Positions 39,575-50,312 of a stretch of 64,000 nucleotides of DNA are shown piece after piece. Every line of letters begins with the position of its first letter. Position 1 is the stretch's first letter. This stretch comes from an uncultured Peptostreptococcaceae bacterium (GTDB taxonomy: Bacteria > Bacillota > Clostridia > Peptostreptococcales > BM714): contig CAZTZB010000002.1 in the NCBI GenBank assembly GCA_964617505.1, positions 24,501 to 88,500 on the forward strand. The letters are read 5' to 3'. The notes beneath the pieces are model-generated. The model saw nothing but the letters and a program-made list of their open reading frames with translations. It had not been told where the DNA came from and made no database searches. The position numbers and the translations under genes were made by a program.

Positions 39575-40936
39575 TCACCTCCAAGTTTTTATGAGTTCCT
39601 TCATTTCATCGTCATCCAATACGACGTCCGTATATCCAGGTATTATATCGTCTGGAATATTCTGCTTCTGATAGATTTTTTCAACCACATATGCATTGCC
39701 ATTCTTGCGCAGAGCAATAAAATATTCCGATTCGAAAAGCCTTGCCCTTTCTTCTAACATATTCTCCTGTATCGTTTCCACTATATACATAGGATAGACA
39801 ATTCCATGTTTTTCGTCAACATAACCTATCTCAATCGCTCCAGGGCTTTCCTCCACATTTCTTACAGAAACCCCTTCGAACCACTTGTATGGAAAATCAA
39901 TTCTTATATCATTATCTTGATCGATGTAACTTTTTAACACCAATTTAAGGCCATATTCTCCATCCCATTGATACCAAGAAGTTATCCACGGCGTATCAAC
40001 CAAAGAATAATTATTGCCGTATGGCTCCTCATATATCCCTATTTCAATTATACCGTCTCCATTTATATCCTGGCTTTCCACAGAATACTGTTTGAATGTA
40101 TTCCCGTAGTAGCTCGAATCTCCTCCGCCAAGTGCATTTTGCAAGGTGCCGTCTTCAACCACAAGAAGGTATGTAGCCGCAGAATGAGCTCCGATTCCCA
40201 TGTCTAGGAATATTCCCTTCTTGCCACTACTCGCATAGCCAAAAGCCACATTATAGTATCCATTGATGTAAGGATCAAGCTCTATCTCATCAATCACGCT
40301 GAAACCATCTCCAGAAAAAGCCACCAGCCTAGCCTTGGAAGAAGGTTCGCTAAAATTGCGATCGAGATCTAGAAGAAGTAGTTCTTCTCCCAATTTTTCA
40401 TCAAAATCTCCCACCACCATTTCCGTATAAGTATCTCTGTATAACTCCCCTTCATTATTTCCGTACTCGTAAATTATCATGTATTTATTTAAGAAAATGT
40501 CAAGCTTGTCAGCCGACCACGCTATCACAATCTCTTTTTTCCCATTCCCGGTTAGGTCGTAGAATCCACTATATGAAATATCAACACCTGACGATTCAAT
40601 CTTGTCAACAACCTTCCAGTTCCCATCTGTTTTGCCGAATATGTAAGCGCCCAACCTATAGTTTGCAACATCCTTAAAATATACAACTGCCTCTTCATTA
40701 TCATCGCCATCCAAATCCACAAAATTTATCGCTCCCAGGCTTTCAGGATTGCCCGGCTTATAGAGGATTTCATCCTTTAAAAGCTCATCATCCACGAATT
40801 CCTTTATAGTTTGCTGATTGACTCCAAGGCTAGGCGGCTCCATCAAATCTCCGGGCGAACCGGCGCCTGCAACAAAGCAACCTGTCAACAATTGAGCCAG
40901 GCATATTACTGTAAAAATAAGTCCGTATCGTTTCAT
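39575..40936 (-). CDS. Lipoprotein with FG-GAP/VCBS-like Ca-binding repeats
   Basis: Lipobox LLTGC after MKRYGLIFTVICLAQ. Repeated D-x-D/N-G-D motifs (DLDGDDNEEAVV, DLTGNGKKEIVI, DINGDGIIEI). It is the first gene of the operon with the two-component system. Confidence 0.62.
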   Translation of the reverse strand: MKRYGLIFTVICLAQLLTGCFVAGAGSPGDLMEPPSLGVNQQTIKEFVDDELLKDEILYKPGNPESLGAINFVDLDGDDNEEAVVYFKDVANYRLGAYIFGKTDGNWKVVDKIESSGVDISYSGFYDLTGNGKKEIVIAWSADKLDIFLNKYMIIYEYGNNEGELYRDTYTEMVVGDFDEKLGEELLLLDLDRNFSEPSSKARLVAFSGDGFSVIDEIELDPYINGYYNVAFGYASSGKKGIFLDMGIGAHSAATYLLVVEDGTLQNALGGGDSSYYGNTFKQYSVESQDINGDGIIEIGIYEEPYGNNYSLVDTPWITSWYQWDGEYGLKLVLKSYIDQDNDIRIDFPYKWFEGVSVRNVEESPGAIEIGYVDEKHGIVYPMYIVETIQENMLEERARLFESEYFIALRKNGNAYVVEKIYQKQNIPDDIIPGYTDVVLDDDEMKELIKTWR

Positions 40937-40990
40937 CCAAGTCACCCCGTCCATTAAATAAAGTCTTTTTTTTTATTGTATACCATAGTC

Positions 40991-41006
40991 TGTTTACTTT
41001 GTTTAC
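40991..41006 (-). promoter_or_regulatory. Direct repeat GTAAACA-AA-GTAAACA upstream of the lipoprotein/TCS operon (candidate response-regulator site)
   Basis: Minus strand reads TTTTGTAAACAAAGTAAACAGACTATGGTATACAAT. The repeat overlaps the -35 position of a TACAAT -10 element. Confidence 0.35.
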
Positions 41007-41067
41007 AAAACAGTTACTCTTGTATCAAAAGGTAAAAAATTATTATGCCAATTATATCAAATATCAA

Positions 41068-41631
41068 TTAAAGGCTGCACGCCCGGCCATCAACACTCGT
41101 CACCCATTCCCTTTTTATTTCCCAACATATAGCTTGATCATTGTCGGAGATTCTTATATTATCATCAAAAAGTCTCTTCCAGCTTTCCATAATCACCCTT
41201 TTCATAATAGGGTAAAATTGGGTCATCACGGCCTCTGACTGGTTGCCTATGCCCTTTTCATCCAATGCCTTTCGAAAAGATCTTGCATCCTCGGCGTCAA
41301 GAGGAATATACCAGTAATTGAGTATGTAATCCCATTTGCCCATGTCAAAAACAAGCAGATTTTCTTCTTCGATTTCCATCTCGAGCACAAGGGTGTTGTC
41401 TGCGGGACATGGCATGAAATCCGGTCTAAGAGCAAGCCATATGGGTCCTTCCGCTCCTTCCGGCCTATAAAGCCTCTCCGAAGCCATTTTAGCCAACCAT
41501 TCGTAGCAAAGCATAAATGTATCACTGAGGTCGCCGTACTTGCGCGATACATAATTCTTTTTAATTCTGAAAACACCATTTTTCTGGAGCTCTTCCCATG
41601 CCTTTGCGCTTTGCCTTGTCCATACCTTCAA
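41068..41631 (-). CDS. Hypothetical protein, DUF3841-like
   Basis: TTG start (LKVWTRQS) lies 4 nt after GGGGGTGA. The N-terminal pattern VWTRQ...W..L...G resembles DUF3841 proteins from memory. The assignment is weak. Confidence 0.45.
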   Translation of the reverse strand: MKVWTRQSAKAWEELQKNGVFRIKKNYVSRKYGDLSDTFMLCYEWLAKMASERLYRPEGAEGPIWLALRPDFMPCPADNTLVLEMEIEEENLLVFDMGKWDYILNYWYIPLDAEDARSFRKALDEKGIGNQSEAVMTQFYPIMKRVIMESWKRLFDDNIRISDNDQAICWEIKREWVTSVDGRACSL

Positions 41632-41859
41632 GCCATCACCCCCTACTTTTTTATTATAACAAAAATAAAAACCCAAAATCGTGGACTTTTACTTAAAAAG
41701 AACATGATTTCGGGTTATTTGAAAAATGCACGTAGCCTGCAATGTCAGCCTCGTATAATTTTTAAGCATTTTCCTTGTTTTTTATATTCCATTCTCTTTT
41801 TTTAAAGATACACCTTGCCCCAAATCAAGAAGGGGGCAATGACTCAATCCCTCTTAATA

Positions 41860-42603
41860 TTACAGCGTAACTCCTCCATCAACACTAAGTACAGTTCCAG
41901 TTATAAAGCTAGCTTCGTCGGATGCCAAGAAAGCATATGCACTGGCGATATCATCAACAGTTCCCATGCGTTTCATAGGGGCTTGTCCTGCTAACATTGT
42001 AAGAACTTTCTCAGGCATTTTGTCTGTCATTGGTGTGAGTATAAATCCCGGTGCTACTGCATTGACACGGATACCACTTTTGCCAAGCTCTTTGCACCAA
42101 GTTTTAGTCATTCCTATAACGCCCCATTTACAAGCTGCGTAGTTGGTTTGGCCAAAGTTTCCATAGAGTCCTACAACTGAAGATGCGCTAAGGATTACTC
42201 CACCTGTCCCTTGTTCTAACATTTGAAGAGCAGCTGCTTGTCCGCAAAGGTATACGCCCTTGAGATTTACGCTTATAACCTTATCAAAATCCGCTTCAGG
42301 CATTTTCTTGAGCTGGTTGTCTGCAGTGATTCCTGCATTGTTGACGATTATATCAAGCTTTCCGAAAGCCTCGACAGTGTCGGCAACCATCTTGTCAACC
42401 GCTTCTTTGCTAGTAACATTGACATTAAGTCCAATAGCTTCTCCGCCCGCAGCCTTGATTTCTGCAACGGTTTTTTCTACATCAGCCATGTTCATGTCTG
42501 CAACTGCGACCTTTGCGCCTTCTGCTGCAAATTTTTTGGCCGTAGCGGCACCAATTCCTCTTCCTCCGCCGGTTACAATACCCACTTTTCCTTCAAGTCT
42601 CAT
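41860..42603 (-). CDS. Short-chain dehydrogenase/reductase (3-oxoacyl reductase / 3-hydroxybutyrate dehydrogenase-like)
   Basis: TGGGRGIG, NNAG, and catalytic S...YAACK. The start at MRLEGK follows AAGGAGGGG. Confidence 0.85.
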   Translation of the reverse strand: MRLEGKVGIVTGGGRGIGAATAKKFAAEGAKVAVADMNMADVEKTVAEIKAAGGEAIGLNVNVTSKEAVDKMVADTVEAFGKLDIIVNNAGITADNQLKKMPEADFDKVISVNLKGVYLCGQAAALQMLEQGTGGVILSASSVVGLYGNFGQTNYAACKWGVIGMTKTWCKELGKSGIRVNAVAPGFILTPMTDKMPEKVLTMLAGQAPMKRMGTVDDIASAYAFLASDEASFITGTVLSVDGGVTL

Positions 42604-42681
42604 TAAAAACCCCTCCTTATTCATTTTTTTCTATCTTCAACAACTTTCAATTGCTTTCTGTAATTCAAATTCTTTTCCGGA

Positions 42682-44055
42682 TCAAACAACACCCATAGTG
42701 GCGAAAACAATAGCTATAGCCGTTGCAAAAATAGGAATGACAACTGTACACATACCGATATCAGCATAAGATTCCCTATGAGTCAATCCACAGATTCCAA
42801 GAAGAGTTATAACTGCGCCGTTATGCGGCAAGCTGTCCAAGCCTCCGCAAGCCATGGCTGCGATTCTGTGGAAGGCTTGAGGATCGATTCCGAGAGCCAA
42901 AGCCTTTTGCATGTAGATGTCTCCGAGTGCTCCGAGGGCTATACTCATACCGCCTGAAGCCGAACCCGTGATACCTGCCAATACACTTGTTGAAACTGCC
43001 AAGGAAATGAGCGGAGTTCCAGGTATTGCCAGTATTGCTGTCTTAACGAGTGCAAAAGCGCCCAAAGTCTTGATAACATTTCCGTAACCAACTTCTGAAG
43101 ATGTATTAACGATAGCAAGCAGCGAACCGAAAGCACCTTGGTTTACACAATTCTTGACGTCGCCAATTTTGTTTTTGAAAAGAGCAATTGTAAGAAGGAC
43201 AGCTGCTACGAGTGAAATTATGATACTCCAGATTCCTCTTACTTTTGCAATGGAAGTTCCGTAATCTGCAAGATATGCTGCTTCCATGTTTGCAAATACA
43301 AATTTAGATAATGCAAAGTTTAGACCCAATACCAGGAAGATGGGAAGAAGCGCCATCATTAGGCTTGGAAGTTCGTCATAAGCGATTTCTTTGATGTTTT
43401 CATTCGGATGGTCTCCATAGCCCTCACCCTTGGCCATTGCAGCCTTGGATCTTCTTTGAAGCCAGAATACTCCACCACCGAACATTACTGCCGCGCCAAT
43501 TAGTCCAAGGAAAGGTGCTGCCCATGGAGTCGTTTCGAAGAAAGGCATCGGTATTGCATTTTGAATCTGAGGCGTACCCGGAAGGGCCGTCATTGTGAAT
43601 GTGAAAGATCCTAAGGCGATAGCTGCAGGGATAAATCTTTTCGGAACATCAGCTTCTCTAAAGAGAGCTGCTGCTATCGGGTAAACTGCAAATGCAACAA
43701 CAAACAATGAAACGCCGCCATATGTAAGGATACCGCAGGAAAGTACAACTGCTGTGATAGCTTTGCCTTTTCCAAGTTTATCGGTTATTCCATGGGCAAT
43801 TGCTTTTGCTGCGCCCGACTCGTCCATTAATTTACCAAAGATGGCTCCCAAGAGAAAGAGTGGGAAATACGCCTTTGCGTACCCTGCGAAAGCCGTCATG
43901 AAAACCTCTGTGTAACTGGCCATTAGCGGAACGTCTCCGGACATTAGTGCTGCAAGTCCTGCAAGAATCGGGGCCAAAATTAAAACAGTAATTCCTCTAT
44001 AAGCAAGATACATCAATAATCCTAGAGATATAATAATACCGAATATTCCTAACAT
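42682..44055 (-). CDS. GntP-family anion permease (candidate hydroxy-acid importer)
   Basis: About 12-14 TM segments. The sequence pattern is typical of GntP/DsdX permeases. The start at the second ATG has correct SD spacing. Confidence 0.78.
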   Translation of the reverse strand: MLGIFGIIISLGLLMYLAYRGITVLILAPILAGLAALMSGDVPLMASYTEVFMTAFAGYAKAYFPLFLLGAIFGKLMDESGAAKAIAHGITDKLGKGKAITAVVLSCGILTYGGVSLFVVAFAVYPIAAALFREADVPKRFIPAAIALGSFTFTMTALPGTPQIQNAIPMPFFETTPWAAPFLGLIGAAVMFGGGVFWLQRRSKAAMAKGEGYGDHPNENIKEIAYDELPSLMMALLPIFLVLGLNFALSKFVFANMEAAYLADYGTSIAKVRGIWSIIISLVAAVLLTIALFKNKIGDVKNCVNQGAFGSLLAIVNTSSEVGYGNVIKTLGAFALVKTAILAIPGTPLISLAVSTSVLAGITGSASGGMSIALGALGDIYMQKALALGIDPQAFHRIAAMACGGLDSLPHNGAVITLLGICGLTHRESYADIGMCTVVIPIFATAIAIVFATMGVV

Positions 44056-44134
44056 GGTCATTCTCCTTTTTTTATTATTTTTCCCTTATAAATTTTCACA
44101 TACTTCTATTCCCATTTATTTATACTGAAAACCC

Positions 44135-45685
44135 CTAGATTTTCAGCCCCATCAATTCATCTCTAAATATAGCCAAATCCATTTCTTTGAGATCGTCTGC
44201 TATAAGTGGTTTAAAATCCATCAAATCAAGAACTTGAGTCTGCATATCTATTCCGGGAGCAACTTCTATTAATGTAAGACCTTCTTTTCTAAGCTCAAAC
44301 ACAGCTCTCTCCGTCACGTAGAGTACAGGTTGTCCAACTTCGTTGGCATAATCTCCACTGAAAGTTATTTGTTCGACTTCCTTGACAAATTTCTTGAATT
44401 TACCTTCTTTTTCAATGACAAGCTTTCCGTCTTCGGCTTTAACCTTAAGTCCACCCGCCATGAATGTTCCACAATAGACAACCTTCTTGGCATTTTGGGT
44501 TATATTGATAAATCCGCCGCAACCGGCAATCTTGGGTCCGAATTTTGAAACATTGATATTACCCCCAAAGTCGCACTGCGCCAAACCTAGGAAAGCAACA
44601 TCCAGACCGCCGCCATCGTAAAAGTCAAACTGGTAAGGTTGATCGAGTATGCACTGGGCATTTATGGAAGCTCCAAAGCTTAACCCTCCGGCCGGAACGC
44701 CGCCGATTGGTCCTGCTTCTACAGTCAATACCAATTCATCCCCGCAGCCCTCTTCGTTTGCAACTGCTGCAACACCCTCAGGCACGCCAATCCCCAAATT
44801 AACCTTGGAGTTTGGAACGAGTTCCATGGCGGCCCTTCTGGCAATCATTTTTCTTTCGTTAAACTTCATTGGCTCAATTCCATCAAGCGGCATGCGAATG
44901 TCACCACAATAAGCCGGATTAAAATCCTCTGCAAAAGTCTGCATGTGATTTTCGGCTTTCGCAACTACAATCGCGTCAACATAGATTCCCGGAATCTTCA
45001 CTTGATGCGGATGCAAACTTCCATTCTCGACAACCCTTTCAACTTGCACAATAACCGTTCCTCCAGAATTGGTAACTGCCTGCGCAATAGAAAGATTTTC
45101 AAGGAATGCCGCTTCCTTATTGAGGGTTATATTTCCCGACACATCAGCGTATGTCCCTCTTATAAATGCCACATTGATAGGAAATGCCTTGTAAATGAGC
45201 CTTTCTTTTCCTAGTATTTCAACAAGCTCTACAACATCTTCCTTTGTAATCTCGTTGAGTTTTCCGCCTTCCAAGCGCGGATCAACAAATGTCTTCAGCC
45301 CAACATGCGTAAGTGTTCCTACTTTACCTGCCGCAATATCCCTAAACATATGCGATATTACTCCCTGTGGCAAGTTGTAAGCTTCGATTTTGTTGTCAAG
45401 AGCAAGCTTCTGCATTTTAGGAGCCAAGCCCCAATGACCACCGATTACTTTTTTTATGAGTCCTTCATGTCCCAAATGATTTAGTCCTCGTTCTGCGCCG
45501 TCTCCCTGTCCGGCAGCATAAACAAGACCAAGATTTTTCGGCGATCCACTCTCGACGAATCTTTTTTCAAGTGCCTTTGTCAATTCTTCCGGATGTCCGT
45601 TCCCTACGAATCCCCCGGTAGCCACCATGTCACCATCCTTGATGAGTGCTATAGCAGCTTCAGCTGTCATAATCTTCGATTTCAA
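44135..45685 (-). CDS. Fused alpha-beta acyl-CoA:acetate/3-ketoacid CoA-transferase (family I, YdiF/Pct-like)
   Basis: About 516 aa with [10 protein letters not shown] near the N-terminus and the family I EXG signature glutamate ([10 protein letters not shown]). TTG start lies 5 nt after GGAGGGG. Confidence 0.85.
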   Translation of the reverse strand: MKSKIMTAEAAIALIKDGDMVATGGFVGNGHPEELTKALEKRFVESGSPKNLGLVYAAGQGDGAERGLNHLGHEGLIKKVIGGHWGLAPKMQKLALDNKIEAYNLPQGVISHMFRDIAAGKVGTLTHVGLKTFVDPRLEGGKLNEITKEDVVELVEILGKERLIYKAFPINVAFIRGTYADVSGNITLNKEAAFLENLSIAQAVTNSGGTVIVQVERVVENGSLHPHQVKIPGIYVDAIVVAKAENHMQTFAEDFNPAYCGDIRMPLDGIEPMKFNERKMIARRAAMELVPNSKVNLGIGVPEGVAAVANEEGCGDELVLTVEAGPIGGVPAGGLSFGASINAQCILDQPYQFDFYDGGGLDVAFLGLAQCDFGGNINVSKFGPKIAGCGGFINITQNAKKVVYCGTFMAGGLKVKAEDGKLVIEKEGKFKKFVKEVEQITFSGDYANEVGQPVLYVTERAVFELRKEGLTLIEVAPGIDMQTQVLDLMDFKPLIADDLKEMDLAIFRDELMGLKI

Positions 45686-45728
45686 ACAATCCCCTCCTTT
45701 TTGTATTTTTTGTCGCACCTATAATGTG

Positions 45729-45746
45729 TTGCAAATATTGTGCCAA
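45729..45746 (-). promoter_or_regulatory. Sigma-54 (-24/-12) promoter of the CoA-transferase/permease/SDR operon
   Basis: Minus strand reads TTGGCACAATATTTGCAA, i.e. TGGCAC-N5-TTGCA with canonical GG..GC spacing, about 45 nt upstream of the start codon. Confidence 0.78.
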
Positions 45747-45861
45747 TTCAATAAGAAATCTCTATGAAAATCCAGCTACGCAAAATGCAGTCGAAAAGCC
45801 GTTTATGATGCCCCGAGCTTCTTCGACTGCATTTATTTAAAAATTCAAAATGCTAGGTTTA

Positions 45862-45895
45862 TATACACAATGTTTACATGTACACATTCTTTACA
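45862..45895 (-). promoter_or_regulatory. Candidate enhancer (UAS) for the sigma-54 activator: two abutting TGTACA-type 17-mers
   Basis: TATACACAATGTTTACA|TGTACACATTCTTTACA. It contains the 13-mer ACATGTACACATT that recurs at 51311-51323. Confidence 0.5.
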
Positions 45896-45897
45896 CT

Positions 45898-47616
45898 TTA
45901 TTGGGCAAACTTTTCAAGATGATATCGTTCTATCTTCGCATATAGACAGGTCCTGCTTATTCCTAAAATTCTCGCGACCTTGTTTTTATTGCCTTCATGC
46001 TCTATAAGTGTAGCCTTTATAATATTCCTCTCTATGTCAGACAATATTTCCTTTAAATGACCGTCTGGACAAGCGTATGTTTTGGCATTGCTGGCAATCA
46101 GATTTTTAGGAAGGTGTTCCGGCCTTATTAACAAATCGCTTTCCAACATGTTAAGAGACCTCTCTATTATGTTTTCAAGTTCCCTGGCGTTTCCTGGCCA
46201 ATCATAGGCAACAAGATATTTAAGAGCTTCCGGCGAAATTCCTTCGACATGGACCCCCAGGCGGTTTTCCACTTTTCTCATAAGCATCTTGGCAATTATT
46301 TCTATATCCTCTTTCCTCTCGCGGAGAGACGGCAACCTGAGCCGAACGACATTGAGTCTATAGTATAAATCCTCTCTAAAAGTCCCTTCATCAACCATTT
46401 TTTCTATATCCCTGTTGGTGGCTGCAATAACTCTAACATCAAGCACAAGAATCTTGTTTCCTCCCACAGACTCTATTTCCTTTTCCTGAATCACTCTTAA
46501 AAGCTTGGACTGCATCTTTAGCGGCATATCTCCAATTTCATCAAGAAAAATCGTTCCCTTGTCGGCTAGGAGGAATTTCCCTTTTTTGCCTCCCTTGCGC
46601 GCTCCTGTGAAGGCTCCCTCTTCATATCCAAAAAATTCCGATTCCAGAAGCTCCGACGGAATCGCAGCGCAATTGATTTTTACGAAAGGGCCAAGGCATC
46701 TCTCGCTGTCACTATGTATTGCATGTGCAAACAGTTCTTTTCCTGTACCGCTTTCACCGGTAATCAAGACATTCGAGTTGGTTTTCGTAGCCCTTTGGGC
46801 CATCCTTTTTACATCATTGATCTTGCTGCTTATTCCTGCTATATTTTCGAAGGAATATTTCGCACTACGCTCTTTTCCCAATTCGCTTTTATAGTATTCC
46901 ACTTCCTTTTCCAGAACATTGAGCTTCTTGTTAAGAAAATCGAGCTCGCTTATATCCTTAAGAATCACCTTTCCGATGGCACCATAGATTTCTCCATCCT
47001 TTATAAGCGGCATTCGCATTGCAATCATCTTGTTGTTCCCTATCTGCTGAATGTCTCCAAATTCTTTTTCTCCGGTCTGAAGAATTATATCCATACGCGT
47101 ATTTTCTATAACATCTCGAACATGCTTGCCCTCGGGATTTGGATCCCCTACAAAATCCTTGTAGGCTTTGCTCATCATAACAATTTTTGCTTCCTTGTCA
47201 ACAACCACCATCCACTCATTAAAGGTGTCAAGCAAAGTATTTACTATGTTTATGTATATTTCATCCTCTTCAAGCTTGTCGCTCATAATTCTAAAATCAG
47301 TCACATCTCTAAAGAAAGAAACCGCTCCAATAATTTCATCATCCTTCTTGACGGGATAGCGATTGACCCTAAATGATTTGTCGTTTTCTTCAAACAGCTC
47401 CCCTATTTCCTGTTCTCCCGTTTCCATCACCCTGCAAATTCCACAGTTTTTTATAATATCGCTCAATTCTTTTCCCAATGCATCTTCTTCTTTAATATCT
47501 AAAAATTCCTCCGCTTTTCTATTGAAAACACTTATCTTCCTTTTATGATCAATACAAACAATAGCAACAGTTGAATGTTCTAAAACCGAATCAAATAAAG
47601 TTTTGTCATCAATCAT
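45898..47616 (-). CDS. Sigma-54-dependent transcriptional activator (PAS-PAS-AAA+-HTH)
   Basis: GESGTGKE Walker A, the GAFTGA loop (EGAFTGA), and a C-terminal Fis-type HTH (KNKVARILGISRTCLYAKI). Confidence 0.9.
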   Translation of the reverse strand: MIDDKTLFDSVLEHSTVAIVCIDHKRKISVFNRKAEEFLDIKEEDALGKELSDIIKNCGICRVMETGEQEIGELFEENDKSFRVNRYPVKKDDEIIGAVSFFRDVTDFRIMSDKLEEDEIYINIVNTLLDTFNEWMVVVDKEAKIVMMSKAYKDFVGDPNPEGKHVRDVIENTRMDIILQTGEKEFGDIQQIGNNKMIAMRMPLIKDGEIYGAIGKVILKDISELDFLNKKLNVLEKEVEYYKSELGKERSAKYSFENIAGISSKINDVKRMAQRATKTNSNVLITGESGTGKELFAHAIHSDSERCLGPFVKINCAAIPSELLESEFFGYEEGAFTGARKGGKKGKFLLADKGTIFLDEIGDMPLKMQSKLLRVIQEKEIESVGGNKILVLDVRVIAATNRDIEKMVDEGTFREDLYYRLNVVRLRLPSLRERKEDIEIIAKMLMRKVENRLGVHVEGISPEALKYLVAYDWPGNARELENIIERSLNMLESDLLIRPEHLPKNLIASNAKTYACPDGHLKEILSDIERNIIKATLIEHEGNKNKVARILGISRTCLYAKIERYHLEKFAQ

Positions 47617-47896
47617 AATAACACCCCCACAAGGTTCATATCTCTTTTAATAAGTAGCAATGCGTCTTAGTCCAAGCACGCAAATACAAATTTATTATAT
47701 CACAATTTTTCAACAAATTTAGGCAACCCCTGCAATTACAACTGCAACGCAAAAAATGCCAATCCTGGATTGACAGTTCTTGCATTTACTTCAACTATTA
47801 TGGGGGTTTATTTCAGCTTTGACGGCTATCATAGGCGTTCGCTATGTGTTGTTATACTGAAAAAGGATACACCTTGTCAGCCGCCAAAGTCAAAAG

Positions 47897-49087
47897 CTAT
47901 TTAATGCGTTTGTAAATCAACGCGTAACAGCTGGCCGAGCTGCCTCCAACATTGAATGTCAATCCTATTTCTGCGTCCTTCTTTTGTATTCCAACGGCTT
48001 TTCCAAGCAATTGCCTTGTTGCAAGAACCGCCATCGAGGCTCCTGTCGTTCCAACCGGATGCCCCTTGGCTTTAAGCCCTCCCGAAAGATTCACGGGGAG
48101 CTTTCCGTCGCGATAGACAATGCCTTCTTCAAGTGCCAGATGCCCCATGCCGCCTTTTGTGATTCCCATCGCTTCATATGATAATAGCTCGTTTATAGTG
48201 AAGCAATCGTGGACCTCTGCGAAATCCAGATCAGCAATCTTAACACCAGCTTTGGCATACGCCTTTTCAATAGCCAATTTTCCAGCTGTCAATTCATAGT
48301 CTGCACGTTTGCCGGAAACGAGACTAAGGTAATCCGTAGTGTGGCCTATTGCCGAAATCTCTACTACTTCATCCCTAATCCTAAGAGCATTTTCCGTTTT
48401 GGTTAAAACCAAAGCGGCAGCTCCGTCGGAAACCAGCGAACAGTCAAACAGTCTCAATGGATCGGCAATGATTGGATTTTTGCGATCTTCCTTGCCGAGT
48501 ATTTTTTCCGCCGTTATGTTCATAGGCATGTGTGCAAGTGGATTTTCTACTGCATTTGTATGATTCTTTGCTGCAATCTTTGCAAAAGTTTCTCTCATCA
48601 TTTCCAAAGGGTAGTCATAATGCTTCATGTATCCCTTTGCATATTCTGCAAACAGTCCCGGGAATGTCATTCCGTTTGCTCCTTCATCAGGCCAATACGA
48701 TGCCGTAGCCAATGCATGGGTAACACCCTTTGTATCGAGTGATGTCATTTTTTCTGCGCCAATGACCAATGCGTAGTCTATTTCTCCCGCTTCCAGAGCA
48801 TATGCCGCCATCTCTATGGCTGCAGATCCTGATGCGCAAGCGTTTTCAAGACGCGTTGAGGGTTTAAACCTTAATCCCGGATCGATATCAACCATCATGG
48901 GTCCAAGATGTTCCTGATTTACAAACTGTCCAGCAGAGAAGTTGCCAATAAAAACGGCCCCTATTGCCTCGGCTTCCATCCCTGAATCCTTAATGGCTCC
49001 GCGGCCTGCATTAAGAATCAAATCGTATATCGTATCGTCCAAAGCTCCAAACTTGCTATGGTATGTTCCAATAACACTAATACTCAT
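47897..49087 (-). CDS. Thiolase-fold protein, SCP-x/archaeal-type
   Basis: Nucleophile motif ENACASGS, HDCF and GHPVGTTG. AGGAGGA SD. It is clearly diverged from the neighbouring canonical thiolase. Confidence 0.78.
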   Translation of the reverse strand: MSISVIGTYHSKFGALDDTIYDLILNAGRGAIKDSGMEAEAIGAVFIGNFSAGQFVNQEHLGPMMVDIDPGLRFKPSTRLENACASGSAAIEMAAYALEAGEIDYALVIGAEKMTSLDTKGVTHALATASYWPDEGANGMTFPGLFAEYAKGYMKHYDYPLEMMRETFAKIAAKNHTNAVENPLAHMPMNITAEKILGKEDRKNPIIADPLRLFDCSLVSDGAAALVLTKTENALRIRDEVVEISAIGHTTDYLSLVSGKRADYELTAGKLAIEKAYAKAGVKIADLDFAEVHDCFTINELLSYEAMGITKGGMGHLALEEGIVYRDGKLPVNLSGGLKAKGHPVGTTGASMAVLATRQLLGKAVGIQKKDAEIGLTFNVGGSSASCYALIYKRIK

Positions 49088-49099
49088 CTTTCCATCCTC

Positions 49100-50281
49100 C
49101 TATGCACGTTTTACTATAACCGCTTCGCCCATGCCTCCGCCTATGCAAAGGGTCGCCAATCCATATGTGCTATCGCGTTTCTGCATTTCATATAACAAAG
49201 AAACAAGAATTCTTGCACCCGAGCATCCGATTGGATGACCCAAAGCAATTGCTCCGCCGTTTACATTTACTATGTCTGTATTAAGTCCCAAGTCCTTTAC
49301 AACTGCTAGGGATTGCGATGCAAAGGCTTCGTTTGCTTCGACAAGATCCATATCATCAACAGTAAGATTGGCTTTTTCGAGAGCCTTTCTTGTTGCCGGA
49401 ATTGGGCCCGTTCCCATTATGCTGGGATCCACACCCGCAGATGCATGTGCTACTATTGTTGCCAAAGGCTTAATTCCAAGCTCATCGGCTTTTTCTTTAG
49501 TCATTATAACGAGAGCAGCTGCTCCGTCATTGATTCCCGATGCGTTTCCAGCAGTAACCGTACCGTCTTTTTTAAATGCAGGTCTAAGCTTAGCAAGTTT
49601 TTCAGGGGTCGATCCGAACTTGGGATGCTCATCCGTATCAAAAATAATAGGATCTTTCTTTCTTTGAGGTATTTCAATAGGAATTATTTCATCCTTGAAT
49701 CTTCCTGATGTAATAGCTTTTTCGGTTCGGAGTTGGCTTTCAAGAGCAAATGCATCCTGATCTTCGCGGCTAAAGCCCCATTGCTCAACTATATTTTCCG
49801 CCGTAACTCCCATGTGGTATCCATTGAAAATTTCCCATAGGCCATCCATTACCATTGGATCATACAGCTCTCCATTGCCCATTCTTTGTCCCCATCTGCC
49901 GTTCTTGACAAGATATGGAGCCATGCTCATGTTCTCGGTTCCTCCCGCTACTACTATTTCGCAGTCGCCTGCTATGATTTGCTGCATTGCAAGCGATACA
50001 GTCTTAAGGCCGGATCCGCAAATCATATTTACTGTCCAAGCCGGCACTTCGCATGGAACGCCCGCTTTCATGGCTGCCTGTCTTCCAACGCCCTGGCCAT
50101 ATCCCGATTGAAGAACGCAGCCGAATATTACTTCATCCACCGTTTCAGGTTCAACCTTTGCTCTTTTCAAAGCCTCTTTTATGACCACAGCACCCATGTC
50201 CATGGGTGTAACTGTCTTAAGCGCTCCGCCGAAAGTACCAATAGCCGTTCTAACGGCACTGGCTATTACTATTTCTTTCAT
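49100..50281 (-). CDS. thlA: Acetyl-CoA C-acetyltransferase (biosynthetic thiolase)
   Basis: [16 protein letters not shown]-terminus, [31 protein letters not shown]. Confidence 0.92.
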   Translation of the reverse strand: MKEIVIASAVRTAIGTFGGALKTVTPMDMGAVVIKEALKRAKVEPETVDEVIFGCVLQSGYGQGVGRQAAMKAGVPCEVPAWTVNMICGSGLKTVSLAMQQIIAGDCEIVVAGGTENMSMAPYLVKNGRWGQRMGNGELYDPMVMDGLWEIFNGYHMGVTAENIVEQWGFSREDQDAFALESQLRTEKAITSGRFKDEIIPIEIPQRKKDPIIFDTDEHPKFGSTPEKLAKLRPAFKKDGTVTAGNASGINDGAAALVIMTKEKADELGIKPLATIVAHASAGVDPSIMGTGPIPATRKALEKANLTVDDMDLVEANEAFASQSLAVVKDLGLNTDIVNVNGGAIALGHPIGCSGARILVSLLYEMQKRDSTYGLATLCIGGGMGEAVIVKRA

Positions 50282-50312
50282 AACAATCCCTCCATTTATC
50301 ACATTTTATTTT

